From Laetmonice hystrix (Eukaryota): 64,000 nucleotides of DNA. The first letter of the stretch is position 1. Each line of letters starts with the position of its first letter. The position numbers were made by a program, and so were the translations under genes. The notes beneath the pieces were generated by a model. That model was not told where the DNA came from, did not search any database, and saw only the letters and a program-made list of their open reading frames with translations. Shown in pieces: positions 51,001-62,268 of the stretch. Where the stretch lies: NCBI GenBank assembly GCA_965235115.1, contig OZ249436.1, forward strand, positions 51,834,001 through 51,898,000, given 5' to 3'.

Positions 51001-54000
51001 AGTTTTATCCTTCTTTAAACGCGTAGACTAAACAACCAAGAAAGCAATGATTCGTCTGAAAAGAGCAGTGATTTCGGAAGACCCAGGCGACAGACTGTCC
51101 CCTCATAACAATAGCCTAGACTATTAGGCTGCCTATCAAACTGTGTTGGTTATGGGAATACCACTAGGGGAACGACATGCAATCACATCTACAACTCAGT
51201 GCAAAGTGAAATTTTGTTTTTGTGTTTCTACAATATAGCTATAAATAACCTTCCATTAGATAAGTGACCCAGAGGTCGTGTTATACCGAGAACATGACAC
51301 AAGGCAATATACATTCGCTGAGAGTTAAGGATGGACGTGGTCGACTTGAACTTGAATTTGTTTTATCATGTCGTCATGGAGTTTGTCGGTATCCGCGTTC
51401 ACGCTGACTTTGGATGTTCACATTGACTTTGAACGCTCCCGTACATGAAACCAGGACGGACATAGATTGTTTTTGTTAGTTTTTTTCGATGATTTTAAAG
51501 TGAATGTCGTATTATATGGCATGATGTGACGCCCGTTAAGTGTGTAGGTGTAGCTCATGCCGTCATGGGCCAACCCTCTCAGGGATGTGGGGTCGCAGTG
51601 CCATTCCTATCGTAGATCCATGCCAGTATTATTGAGGACATGATGTTCAGTAGACAAAAAAAATGGATGTTCTTAACTTGACCTCTGGGTCAATAGCGGT
51701 TGTTACGGGCGGGCCGAGTTGGGATCCCTCAAGCCATAAAATCTGTCCCTGGCTACACATCACCGTTATAATACATTTCTATATCTATATCATATAGGTG
51801 GAGTTCAGAGATAGTTTATGTAAGAACTGAAGTGAGACAGTGTCGCCCAGCTCGGAGGACATTTTCTGCAGTGTACAGGTCAGATATAAATATGTGTGAG
51901 AGAAGTATCGAGGACACTCTCACTTTAATGATAGGGTATATGGATCCATTAAATAGTTAGAAGTGGATAAGTGGACCTATAATTATTTTAAACACAGTGT
52001 AACATTACGTAGTACTACACAGCGGGCCAATCCCTCGACAATGACCTGCTTGGACGGCGGTAACGTTAGCCAGATTTCAAGGAGTTCAGTGATTGATGTG
52101 GGGGCCGTCGTCTTACTCCGTATGGTCTCATTCTCTGTGAAGGACTCACGCCTTGAGAACAGACGGACTGAAGATGTGCCGTGTATACGAGTTATATAGT
52201 AGAAGCCTTTTCGTTCTCAGAATGTCTTGGAAAGTCCTGGGGTAGTTGCATAGACTTCTGTTGTTATTTTTAAAGGCCAGGATTTCACCAATCTTCTTCT
52301 TACTTCTATCTGTGAAGGACCCCCTCTGAGAACAGTTGCGTGACTTTCTGTTCGTTTAGTAGGCCTAATTAGTTCTTTCTCACTCATACGAATCATCGTC
52401 CCCCCTTCTCCGACTTCCCATTTTGTAGGGTATACAGTACAGTTTTACTCCATTAATCACTCTTGTGAGTTTGCAAAACCTCGAGGTGTCCCTGTGAAAG
52501 CACCTCTTTATTTATTCCTCACTCACACCAAGGCGTGTATAGATGGATGTATATATCTTAAATATTTACGTAAGGACGTTGGCCACATGGTGCTTTGACA
52601 ATTGGTCCAGTGATGAACGTTTGTTTTAGCAAAATAACAGAAACTCCGTCATGCATGTGGTACCGAAGCTATAAAACGATGTGTATACTGAGCGAATTTA
52701 TTCCATCGTCGGCAGAAATCAGAGATTTGCTGGACATGGCTGGCTGATCGGGTCGATTCTCTGTTTACCAGATGTGTCCTACTGGTACTTGGTTCGGGTA
52801 ATGGTCATTGTTTGATCCCCTCCCCCGGAAGCAGCATGCATGCATTCTCACGCAAGGCTAGTTGACTTCAGCTCAGTTCAGGCCCGCATGTGGACGAGGT
52901 CCCTGACCTTACGTATCGGCCGCCTACGTTGTGCCCTACACGGGGACAAGCGGTCCATTTCAGCTGCTCCCACATGGCAGTGGTGACGAAAACTTCAACC
53001 CCCCATGCCCCCATGCCGCCTCAAACCCTTGTGTAACACATTAAACCGGCATGCTGTCGTGCTCGGTTTTTCTGTCATGGGCGATCACCCTGGGTAGCCG
53101 CTATCCAACATCTCTTTGTTATAATTCCTTAAACCCGCTCCCTCAACATGTGCAGCCAATTACGTTGCTGATGGCGGGAAACGACCTATTTTACCATATA
53201 TAACCCCGTTATAATGGTATCTGGCCACGGCCCAGTGTGGAGATGATATCCCAGCCCTAAATGTGGTCCGACAGTTCTGGATAGACGCCATGCCTATACT
53301 TACAATACTAACCCTCCCTCCACCACGTAAAGTAGAAGTTCCTCCGACCAGTTCTCTCAAGAGGAAGTAAAGGTCCTTTTTTTCTGTGATGCATACCATG
53401 TTGAACCAACTATAGCTGGGGGTACAAACGGGCACGATGGCCTTCACCTTCAAGGCGAACATTCGGGTAATTGAAATGGTTCAACTCATAAGGTCTCAAT
53501 CCAAGCGAGCCTACACTTAGAACAACACTTCACCTTTTAGATGCCAATGTTTTTTTTTCTTGGAAGTTTTCTGCATAAGATATACGTAAAAGATGACATT
53601 TTCCTGTTGTAAGCGGAATGCGTCCGGGTGGACATTGCCAGCACGTATACATCTATTCCGGATTTTTGTGTATCATTGTTCAGAGAATGGACCATAGTTG
53701 TGGGCAGACGAGAGGATTTGACAGTGATGACACAGACGACCAAAGCATGAGATCAGCGGGGCCCATGAAGTGGTATCTACTGAAATGCTAGGCCAAAACA
53801 ACGATGACATAAGCCAGCACTAGCCGTTCTCGGATACTTGCAAGAGGTCGAGCCCAAGGAAATAGATCTATGCGCGATCAAATGTCCTTTTCTTCCATTC
53901 GGATCGAGGATGTTTTTTTTAAATTGGTTTCATACGAATCCATTGAATACGATATAGGCCTAAGGGATAATGGCGCCTTCGTTAGTATGTGGACTATTGG

Positions 54001-56366
54001 CCGGGAGAGATGCTGCAGTCTGTAGTCCTGTCATATAAACAAATATCAGTTTGGCGTAAAGTAGCATTGCAGTCTGCGCTGGAACTATAAGTTAGAGTTG
54101 GTCCCCATGAATTTAGAATTGTACTTACAGTAGTCTGGTTGCCGCCGATAACGTCGCGCAGGGAGAACTGTGTGAAGTCCTTTGCTGTTTCTACACAATC
54201 AACATTGATCTGAATGAGGTTGAAAGTCATCTCGAGGTAAGATATATGTAGGATGAGACGGCGCCTGTGTCCTCCTCTGCGAACACGCGGCACATCGAAG
54301 TATATTGTCTGGGGATCCTCGTCGTTTCGCCGTAACCGAACGACAACTGAAGCGATGACGTCATTATTACGTAATTAATACCAACCAGGTAAACTTGGAC
54401 TCATTTTCTAGCAACGTTCAAGGTCGCATGGCAGAATTTTTTTCCCCACATTCTCAAACAAGGAGAACTAAATTTTAGTTGTCAAAGAGAGAGCAAGACA
54501 TTTCGTTGAAGAATTGGTCAAATGGGTTTCAACTTTACAAATGGATGAGTGTTAAAAATTGAAATTGAATAAGAATTAGAACAAAGATGCTTTAGTGTAA
54601 GGCACAGCCCAAGGATCTTCACCGCCCTTCAATGGCCGGCTCTGCCCGAATCGTGTTAGCCATTCGGCGGTACAACCCCGCTGTACTTTTGGTCCACCGT
54701 ACACTTTCTCTACCTCAACTATTGGCACGGAGGGGGTCCGATCTGATGCTGGGGGTCAGGACACCATTTACTGCTGGTAGGAGGACTACCATATCACTCT
54801 GGATACGCCATGCCGAGATCTAACCGACTGACCTGCAGCTTGGTAAATGCGCTCCCACAAACACACACTAGTGCTAGCTGAAACTTTGTGAATTTTATAA
54901 TTTGTAAAATACGGTGACCATACAAATGATAAAACTACATGTGACTTCAGAGACGTCATAAAAATGAATTACCTTTGGAGGGTTTCCTACTCCAGAGGAC
55001 TTCAAACGGAATTGTGCCATCCGAATTCGTTATTTTTAAAACGGAAACAGGTGTATTTCTGGCATCACGTATATGTCCGGCTAAGTATATGCCCGATTCC
55101 TCGCTCACAACTGATGCCAAATCTGCTGCAGGCACTATAGTGAAGGGGGAGACAGAATAAAATAAATAAACAGTCACATCGTTGACCTTGACTCGTGTTT
55201 TTACTGCCGATTCTGTTTACTCTGTTAGTGACTATACATCAACGCTTGAGTGTCGACCCCCCCCCCCCCCCAAATACAGGCCCTTTAACATAGAGAACGC
55301 CAAATGCATTTCCGGAAGAAAATTTTGTGACAAAAAAGGGACTTTTTCGGAGCTGTGAACTTATACCAACCAGGCTATACTCCACCAAGAGATCCTGCAA
55401 TGTTACAAGGATATTCACACGGAGAAATATGTAAACTAATAAGTACAATTATCTGTATCTGAAATTAACAATTTTTCATGGCTATATGGGGTGTTATCAA
55501 ATTTAGATGTATTTCGTAGGTGTTATGATGGTAAGTAGACCTAGTCAATAACAATATTTTCTATGCATAAGTTCTTCCATTTTATAACTGGTGTACATCA
55601 TTGAACGTTAATTGAAAGAGCAGAACAAATGCAGTATTCACAAATTACTCCCTTTTCTCAACTTTTCAGCTTAAATGTGATGACCGAAGTTGAATGCATC
55701 GGCCGGGAAGACAGATTTGATAGGGCAAGGGTTCAAACGGGATCCGACCAGGTCTATTAATCCGGTACCACTCCACACCGGGGGTCTGAGAAAAACGATG
55801 GGGGCCATTCAGCTGGTGAGACGGGGTGACTGCACGTACCCCACCACAACCTTCCACCCCCACCCCCACCCCCACCCCCACCCCCGGGAGGGGAGGGTTC
55901 ACACCCTGCGGCATGTGGCAAACAGCCGGGCCGTAATTCACGTAATCCACATTACCCAAGGACTAATGCCTATATCTTCATGGCAAGTGACTATTCCTGC
56001 TGTTTCAGGGTTTAGGGATTGTAATATTGGTCTATGACCGGAGCCAGAATTTATCATCCTACAAAATGTATCTTCTATACGTATCTCTGAGTTATTACAG
56101 CTACCCGTTTATTGCGGTTGCTTGCAGCCCCACAGAGCAGACAGGAGCTGTTCCTTGAGCTAACGACCAACCCAGCCATCACCATACGATCCCCAATCTG
56201 AATTACTGCCTCAGCAGCAGCGCCCTAGCTCCACAAATAGAACCCATGCACAGAAAAAAAGGTCCCAAGAAATCGTCTTACCTTCACTTCGCTGCTTGGC
56301 GTGGATTCGGAGCACGCACAGGAGACCAACAACTCCACACAACGATAATCTATACAAAAGATCCAT
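19550..56366 (-). CDS. Thrombospondin, subgroup-B (THBS3/THBS4/COMP-like) architecture with a greatly expanded EGF region; 56 predicted coding exons, about 2344 aa
   Basis: Exon chain assembled by hand with AG acceptors, GT or GC donors and consistent phases; exon lengths sum to 7035 nt. It encodes signal peptide, LG-like N-terminal domain, coiled coil + CNIC, about 39 EGF-like domains, type-3 repeats (DxDxDGxGDxCD, DNCP) and the thrombospondin C-terminal domain ([44 protein letters not shown]). Family is clear; exact orthology is not. Confidence 0.93.
20103..24460 (-). CDS. Thrombospondin exons 50-55, C-terminal L-type lectin domain
   Basis: 24318-24460, 24006-24054, 23596-23683, 23149-23332, 21871-21968, 20103-20242; includes [44 protein letters not shown] and WSDLVYSCN. 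Confidence 0.95.
20441..20611. mobile_element. hAT-type MITE with 8-bp target duplication CTGATAGC
   Basis: ctgatagc|CAGGGCCGTAATT ... AATTACGGGGCTG|ctgatagc; CAG termini with an 8-bp TSD are typical of hAT elements. Confidence 0.75.
20663..21904. repeat. 54-bp minisatellite, 23 copies, spanning the exon 54 / intron junction
   Basis: 1242 nt = 23 x 54; on the minus strand the unit is CTCATTCACCGGCCAGCCATTGGCCTCATCAG|gtctgtagataacttactccag. Confidence 0.97.
21986..22270. repeat. 30-31-bp tandem repeat, about 9 copies
   Basis: Unit gatcaatgagaacagtgaaccagattgtgt, just upstream of the exon 54 acceptor. Confidence 0.9.
23024..23134. mobile_element. Short hairpin MITE-like repeat, dispersed family
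   Basis: gggcccggtttgtcaaaa...ctgattggctgg...tttcgacaaaccgtggc; related copies near 24140, 24857, 29110, 29524 and 30246. Confidence 0.6.
24645..26776 (-). CDS. Thrombospondin exons 44-49, type-3 calcium-binding repeats
   Basis: 26669-26776, 26237-26426, 25518-25636, 25314-25366, 25036-25121, 24645-24680; repeated DNCP...NxDQxDxDxDGxGDxCD motifs, canonical splice sites. Confidence 0.92.
24857..24992. mobile_element. Short hairpin MITE-like repeat, same family
   Basis: ttttcaaaacttaag...ctgattgg...ccaatcag...cttaag...aaacaaggccc, an imperfect palindrome. Confidence 0.6.
27018..29442 (-). CDS. Thrombospondin exons 39-43, last array EGF, the canonical (calcium-binding) EGF domains and start of the type-3 wire
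   Basis: 29282-29442 (...[11 protein letters not shown]), 28623-28763 (CTEVDPC...[13 protein letters not shown]), 28253-28327 ([15 protein letters not shown]...), 27898-28053 (GSFLCGPC...WFCT), 27018-27122 ([23 protein letters not shown]...CAR). [14 protein letters not shown] and CNVGWAG are subgroup-B signatures. Confidence 0.93.
29822..36517 (-). CDS. Thrombospondin exons 25-38, EGF module exons (two double-module exons, two GC donors)
   Basis: 36266-36517 (double), 35374-35502, 35053-35175, 34830-34952 (GC), 34604-34729, 34132-34254, 33520-33642, 32782-32904, 32424-32546, 31783-31905, 31254-31376 (GC), 30908-31030, 30404-30652 (double), 29822-29944. All phase 1-1 with lengths divisible by 3. 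Confidence 0.9.
30246..30371. mobile_element. Short hairpin MITE-like repeat, same family
   Basis: ggcctagtttttcaaaacttaag ... cttaagctttgaaaaaaccgggtc inverted termini with a central attggctgg. Confidence 0.65.
32030..32243. repeat. About 50-bp intronic tandem repeat, 4 copies
   Basis: Unit ttttagtttcggatatagacgatgattacagacatgaactctatccaccat. Confidence 0.9.
37316..44189 (-). CDS. Thrombospondin exons 12-24, thirteen consecutive 123-nt EGF module exons, all with GC donors
   Basis: 44067-44189, 43619-43741, 43112-43234, 42837-42959, 42181-42303, 41647-41769, 41320-41442, 40909-41031, 40310-40432, 39930-40052, 39588-39710, 38433-38555, 37316-37438. All are open with six Cys and end ACAG|GCA at the position where sibling exons have G|GT. 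Confidence 0.88.
40522..40694. mobile_element. MITE with CAGGGCCGTAC terminal inverted repeats
   Basis: CAGGGCCGTAC...GTACGGCCCTG; termini resemble the 20441 element; TSD imperfect. Confidence 0.6.
44700..47093 (-). CDS. Thrombospondin exons 9-11, 123-nt EGF module exons with GT donors
   Basis: 46971-47093, 45305-45427 and 44700-44822; each encodes GDGxRxGC-x4-C-x4-CFPG-x2-C-x8-CGxCPxxY(T/S), phase 1-1. Confidence 0.9.
46311..46482. mobile_element. MITE with CAGGCGCGGATCCAGA TIRs and 5-bp target duplication CAATT
   Basis: caatt|CAGGCGCGGATCCAGA ... TCTGGATCCGCGCCTG|caatt, with internal G and C tracts. Confidence 0.8.
48312..49185 (-). CDS. Thrombospondin exons 7-8, EGF-like domains 1-3
   Basis: Exons 49024-49185 ([36 protein letters not shown]...CADKPCFE) and 48312-48500 ([10 protein letters not shown]...CGACPAGLT), GT donors. 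Confidence 0.9.
49191..49461. repeat. About 12-bp simple repeat (cacacaatacgt)n abutting the exon 7 acceptor
   Basis: Direct reading. Confidence 0.92.
49970..50306 (-). CDS. Thrombospondin exons 5-6, oligomerisation coiled coil with CxxC
   Basis: Exons 50233-50306 ([25 protein letters not shown]) and 49970-50024 ([18 protein letters not shown]). Heptad pattern followed by CxxC, as in pentameric thrombospondins. Confidence 0.85.
50636..55134 (-). CDS. Thrombospondin exons 2-4, laminin-G-like N-terminal domain
   Basis: Exons 54973-55134 (VPAADL...WSRKPSK), 54129-54346 (VVVRLRR...RRLILHISY...IQINVDC...GGNQTT) and 50636-50774 (TLHDGIRVY...VLKMVGC...DAAA). Canonical GT-AG sites and compatible phases. 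The VDC and GC motifs resemble the thrombospondin LG domain. Confidence 0.8.
56282..56366 (-). CDS. Thrombospondin exon 1, signal peptide [28 protein letters not shown]
   Basis: ATG at 56366, hydrophobic core, phase-1 donor G|GTAAG; 15/28 identical to the paralogue exon at 8399-8483, which has the same length. Confidence 0.85.
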
Positions 56367-56717
56367 GATTGACACAAGTTCTGTGAAACCCCCGAGTAAA
56401 TGTCAATGTCCTGGTCCCTTCAGTGTCATGGGATCAGCCAGTGGTTGGGGGATCACAGAAGTCTAATACGAGACCGATGGACGTCTGAGCGGCTCCCCTG
56501 TCACCGGTCCACAGGAGGGGCCGGCCACATGTGAAGGAATATATGCGAGTGTCACCAAACGCACTGAAGATATGGGGGCCGCGGACAAGGTCGCTCCTGT
56601 GTCTGCGGACTGGTCGCCGACACTGGGTGCTCTCACATCTTTCTCCTGCCACTGGGGGCGCGCGAGGAGGCACCAAGCTGATGGTGGCCCTGGTAACCTG
56701 ATACACGGCTACTTCAC

Positions 56718-56719
<2 letters not shown>

Positions 56720-56778
<59 letters not shown>
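56720..56778. repeat. (CT)n microsatellite upstream of the thrombospondin start codon
   Basis: Direct reading. Confidence 0.95.
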
Positions 56779-56785
<7 letters not shown>

Positions 56786-58235
56786 GAGTTTATGATGTTC
56801 TTTGAGGATATAGTACAATCCCATCGGCATGGGTTTTGCTTATTTACGCAAACATATAGCCTCCATCCCATAGGTTACATCGACTATGACATATTTATAA
56901 CGGGTTATTTAATGTGCTGGATTCAACCGGTATAGTTACTTCTGAATGTATAAACCTTTGTACCCTTAAGTTATGCTACATCCACCAGGAAAAAAATGGA
57001 AAATGTGCATTTTCATGTATTCTGAACACATTTTCCTGGCGTGGTGAACTTCCTCATGTGGTCATGAAATTCTATAAGATATTGCTTTATTTATAAAACG
57101 AGGAGAGAAGGTCCATGGTCCATGTCTAGCCATCATGCCTATATGATTTCTATCTTCTGCGAAAGGAGCAAACAGTGCATGAATAAAAAGCTCAAAGTAC
57201 TCCCTTCCACGGAAAAAAATATAGAAAAAATAGTGTGAATCCCCCCCCCCCCCCAATTGGGAAATGATTGGCTATGTCCAGCTCTACTAGCCGCCCTGGT
57301 CCAACTATACCGCTATATTATGGTTACCTCATCAAAACATGGGGCGATGGGCCATGGACGCCAATATAGATGAATTGGTACCAGACGAGTTCAGAGTAGA
57401 AGAGTGTGTTGTGTCTGGCATCGAACGAGTCAGGAGGAATAAAAAGGACGGAAAAATAACTCCATCTCCGAATCATTTCAGTGTGGAAGATGTTCGTTGA
57501 GGAGTCAGAAGGTACGAGTACCCTAGATAGGATCAGATCAGGAGTGAATCCCGCCTGCAGTCTTCTTGTCCTGCCAAAATGTAGAGTCTCGGCATGCCAA
57601 CTCTGCTGACCCGAGGTCAAGAGGTCGTCATGTTGGCAACTGGTTTTGGCGAACATTTGCTCCCTACAGTAGCTACAATGATAATAGACCCTAAACTTAG
57701 GCCAACACTGTGAAATATGGTGGTTCTGGGCCAAAGGAGAGATAAAAAGTTGACCATTTTGACGGACAGTCGTGATGATGACATGTAGCCTAACAAGATC
57801 TCATTCAGAGTCTGACCCGGCCGGAATTATGACCACGTCAAACATGAAGGTGCCTGCTGTGGAAGGGGTGATTGATATACATGAACCCCATGGACGCTCC
57901 TTACTGCACCCTTCTCACCTCTTCAGTCATGCCAATACTATCTTCTTTGATTGAGCGGTAGCTGGAGTAATAGAGTAATGGAGTATTTTCCGTTTCTACG
58001 TTTCTCATTCTTTCCGTCATAAAATTTCCATGAATTGTATTAGCCTATCCCTTTCTGGCGGCGCCTCTAATTCACACCCATCAGTATTTACATTAGGCCG
58101 ATTAGGCCGATCACATTTGATAAAAAGCCCCCCGTAGGCCCCTAAATCCATTTAAAGTCCCCCAAACGACAACTGCCTTTCTACGTTGTAAAATGACGTC
58201 GAAGATCGTGCAACGTGACGTCCCTGATCCTTCAG

Positions 58236-58238
<3 letters not shown>

Positions 58239-58287
<49 letters not shown>

Positions 58288-58298
58288 GAAGAAGAAGA
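58239..58298. repeat. (GA)n / (GAA)n microsatellite
   Basis: Direct reading. Confidence 0.9.
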
Positions 58299-61200
58299 AC
58301 CTGACACTCCCCCTAGCGTCCATCCATGTTCCGTTTGGTATCCCAGCAGTAACATCTCCTACGCAACCCACCAAATAAACAGTGAGAAGGACACAAACAC
58401 AGCAGGCCTATACGGCGGGGCAGCCGGTGCCATAGGCCAACCCGGAGGCCAAGACCACGACTAGGTGGCGTTATTTAGTTTGCGGATCAGCAACCCACAT
58501 GTCAGCCTTTGGTAGCCAGCTATAGGTATGGTAAGTAGCTATGCCGTAACATCGCCCCCTGGCGGGGGATGATGTTTCCGGTGAGAAAAATACGATGTCC
58601 CAGAAGGAAAATGGATTGATAGAGGAAGGCTTTGAACTACATGTCGCCTGGTGAATACATACACTGGTTACGGTGTAAGTTAATACAACAGTTTGTAAAG
58701 TTGTCCCCCCCCCCATTTGAAAAGTCATTAGTAAAAATATCAAACATATTAATAGCTGCTTACGTCTTTAGTGACTAATAATCAAGAAGGCTCTGAATTT
58801 CTGTGGAAGTTTTCTTGCCTCCAGATTTAAGATAATTTAAATCCCTCATTGTAATATTTATTTATATGCTTATCTAATCTGACAATGAAAGTTTTAGAGG
58901 GTTCTACATGATAAGTTTTACATTTTTCTCCAGTCGTTATTTGGGATGACCTACTCACTCCGTACGGGATTTCCCCAACTGCACATGTGCACGACAGCAT
59001 GAAAGCTATTTCCCTTGACACATTTGTCATCGCCGAATTGATATATCTTCTCTAAGTCAATGAAAAGGGTATAAAACTTATCTCTAGTAGCGGCCATGAT
59101 GAAGGATCGTTTGGCTGAGTTAACTGGTCTAGGGTTGTTGCCCCTCTGTGTTTGCTTTAGGATGACGTTTATTGGAAGTACGTCCGTCGCTGATACATAC
59201 CAACATGTAACAACCAGTGAGTGTGGGGTGGCGGCAGACATGTAGAACATCCCCTTCACAGATTGATAACAGAATGACACCGACAGGTGTCTCTGTGCCA
59301 CCTGGCCAGGAGCAGGCCACAGATCGAGCGTTCGTCTGACCTAGATCTACATCTAGAGCTCTGATCGTCTTACTCTTAGAAACCCTCAACTTAGCCTCAC
59401 ACAGTCTGGGTATAGAGTGAGGATGGCCGCGGATGGCTGTGAGCTGATGCTGACGCTACATTCCCAGGTGATCGACAACTATAGGAGCGGACGTGTTCCT
59501 CCTGGCTTCAACCTGTTTGTATACATCTACCTGAGACCACAGATGCGGTGGTAGGCTACTAGGGCAGGAAAACAACAGACCATCGACCCGGGACACAGGG
59601 AATACCACTTAAAAGAAAGGGAACTCCATCATAGTCTCAATATGAGTTTGAAATGGCTTCTCCCTATATCTTGATATAAACTAAAGATTCATACCAGTTA
59701 ATGAAAATAAAGAGCTCTTACAACTCTATTTTTACGTCTCGGAATGTCAGCATTTAAAAGAAAAGACCACCGCCAGTCTGTACAGGCCAGGCACACAGGC
59801 CGTGATATTCTAAGCAAGTTAAAAAATATTTGAACACAATTGGTGCTCAAATAGTTAAGATATAAGCACTTCAGTGCCGGAGCCTGCTTAGAACCTGCTC
59901 CGCAGGTGATGGCGGCCATAGCTGTCTGCTTGGGCTAATCTCTTGGTCTAATCTCACTTTGCGCATGATCCAACCACTGCTCTCCAGTTTGGGAGGAACG
60001 AGAAACTGACGCACCTGTTGCGTTGAGCGAACCATAGACCATGCTGTATGGTCTATGAGCGAACGTTGACAGCTTATTTATATAAGCAAAATTTGTTAGA
60101 ACATAGACGAAAACTACCGATCATAGTAAAGAGGATTGGCTAGGAATTAAGCCTACCGATGTCAGGGGATATATCAGGGTGGACACGGATCTCGGCAAGC
60201 TCCAGCCGTGGGTTTCGGCCGCCTGCATTCGTGATGTTGACGGCACCCGCAGGGCGACTGGGCCGGGCCCTGGCCGTGGCTTCGACCGCGGGCGGGTGCT
60301 GGCAGTGTCAGACTCTTGTGGTCACTTCAGCACAGACCTGTTTTAGTTGTGACTGTGACTGTGGGACTGACCCCCGTTGATTTTGCCGACCCGCCCCGGC
60401 TGCCTTTACTTTAGTCTAGTCTAGCCTAGCCTAGTCCCTGCATACAATAGATTAGCCCCGAAACGTCACTTCCGGCCAGCCCAATAGCAACAAATGGCTG
60501 CGTCGCTGAAGCCAGTGATTTTGACACGGTTGTCATGTTCAACATATGACTTCTTGGAATGGGGGGATATTTATTTCCAATCACTACTCTGAAAGGTGAG
60601 TGCATATAGAGGCCTTGCAGCTGTCCAAATGTGATTTTTGACTGGTCTTCTCCTTTAAGTAGGCTATAGGACTCGGGGCCGTAGCTCGAAACTTCTGAGT
60701 GGAGGGGCGGGGGCAATCAGGGGCAGGGCCGTCTTAACCCCTTGTGGAGCCCTGGGCAAGCCTCTGACAGGGCCTTCCTTTAAACGTGACATGTGCCAAG
60801 TTGAATTCCTTGCAGGCCTATCAACAATCATGATCAACACTAACCTGTAGGTTAATTGTGACACTCCCTAAGTGAAATCAGTAGGATGCATCAGGGCCCT
60901 GAAGGGTGGTAAACCCGAAAGTAAACTGGGGGTGGGGGTGGGCATCAAGGGGAGAAAGGGTTCATGTTTTTTATGAACATAATCAAGCAGAAAAAAACAA
61001 TTTCACGGGGCCCCATAGGTTAAAGTGGCGGATCCAGGATCCGGGGGGGGGGGGGGGGCGCACAGTTGTGTGGGATGATGGGCAAGGGTTACCTCAACTC
61101 AATAATTTTGAAAAGAAATCGGGGGCCCCATGCCCCCCTAAATCTGCCACTTGGTGCACTCCCTTCAGCTTGGTGGAGAGCGAGTATAGATTTCATTCGG

Positions 61201-62005
61201 CAATCCTCGGCCATATCTTCGAAAGTAGCCTCGGGTGAATTAGGCGCCATTTTGAGCATTGCATCGCGGGTACATTTAGCCGGGACTCTCGCCAGCAATG
61301 GCAGTGCTTGCAGTATTTTGTCTGCACCAGGCCTGGAAGCAACTAAAATAGGCCTACAGTGCTTTCCCCAAAGTCAGTAGGCAATATTACGATGGTATCA
61401 TGTTCATGATACAAGTAGTCCTACCATTGTGTCGTGTTGTTGTCGTTCATGGGCGCGGCCATATTGCTTCCTATAATTTGATAAATTACCGTATCACGGC
61501 CATTTAGGTAAATTAGGTGATTCATTTTTCTTCTTCAAACGTTCCCCTCATACCAGAAATTTATATTTGCACATACAACGCCGAAGGAGCAGGTGTCAAT
61601 AATGCACTACTTCCTGGCTCGATGGGATATGACGGTTTACTCAGCGCCTCGCTACACAGCTCCATTTGGCCGTGTATCCGGTTGACAAACATGGCCACTA
61701 ATCCACCCGAGGGTATATTCGAAAGTGACGTCATATGCCCGAGGGAATCCCGAATGTATAGATTTATACCTGGTGGCGCCATCTTGCGTAAATTGGAACG
61801 TTAACAAAGTCCGGTCATAACGCATAACTTTAGTCAATATTTTGTACATTAAGTCTCCGAACCATGGCTGTGTGGATATTAGTAATAATACATATTTAAT
61901 ATTACATAAGGTATAGCGTTGTATACACAATTTTGAACTGCTTTCGGTCCTAAGGCATAGACGCCGGAAGATATAGACAGGATAGCATAGACGGGGGGGC
62001 ACCAG

Positions 62006-62268
62006 GGCCCGGTTTTTTTGTTTACTTTTCCACCGTGAGCAAGGGTGAGCTGAGCTGAGCAAGGGTGAGCAGAACCTCATGCTCACCGTTTTGCTCACTG
62101 GTTTCGTTTTTTGGGGTGTTTTTCCGCGAGCTTGCTTGCCATGAGCACGCTTCATGGAAAAAGCAACCCCAAAAAAGCACGAAAACGGTGAGAATGAGCT
62201 CATGCTCACCCTTGCTCAGCTCAGCTCACCCTTGCTCACGGTGGAAAAGTAAACAAAAAAACCGGGCC
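62006..62268. mobile_element. PIF/Harbinger-like palindromic MITE
   Basis: cag|GGCCCGGTTTTTTTGTTTACTTTTCCACCGTGAGCAAGGGTGAGCTGAGCTGAGCAAGGGTGAGCA ... exact reverse complement ...CCGGGCC|cag; about 60-nt perfect TIR and a 3-bp CAG TSD. Confidence 0.85.

Noticed and set aside
50775..54128. Possible extra exon or nested gene in the 3.35-kb third intron
   Set aside because: No ORF with recognisable features, and exons 3 and 4 already join in phase.
60455..60601. Possible promoter and first exon of a plus-strand gene (ACTTCCGG, CCAAT, AAATGGC, then AAG|GTGAGT)
   Set aside because: The ATG frame at 60494 reaches TGA before the donor and I identified no downstream exon; short motifs alone are insufficient.
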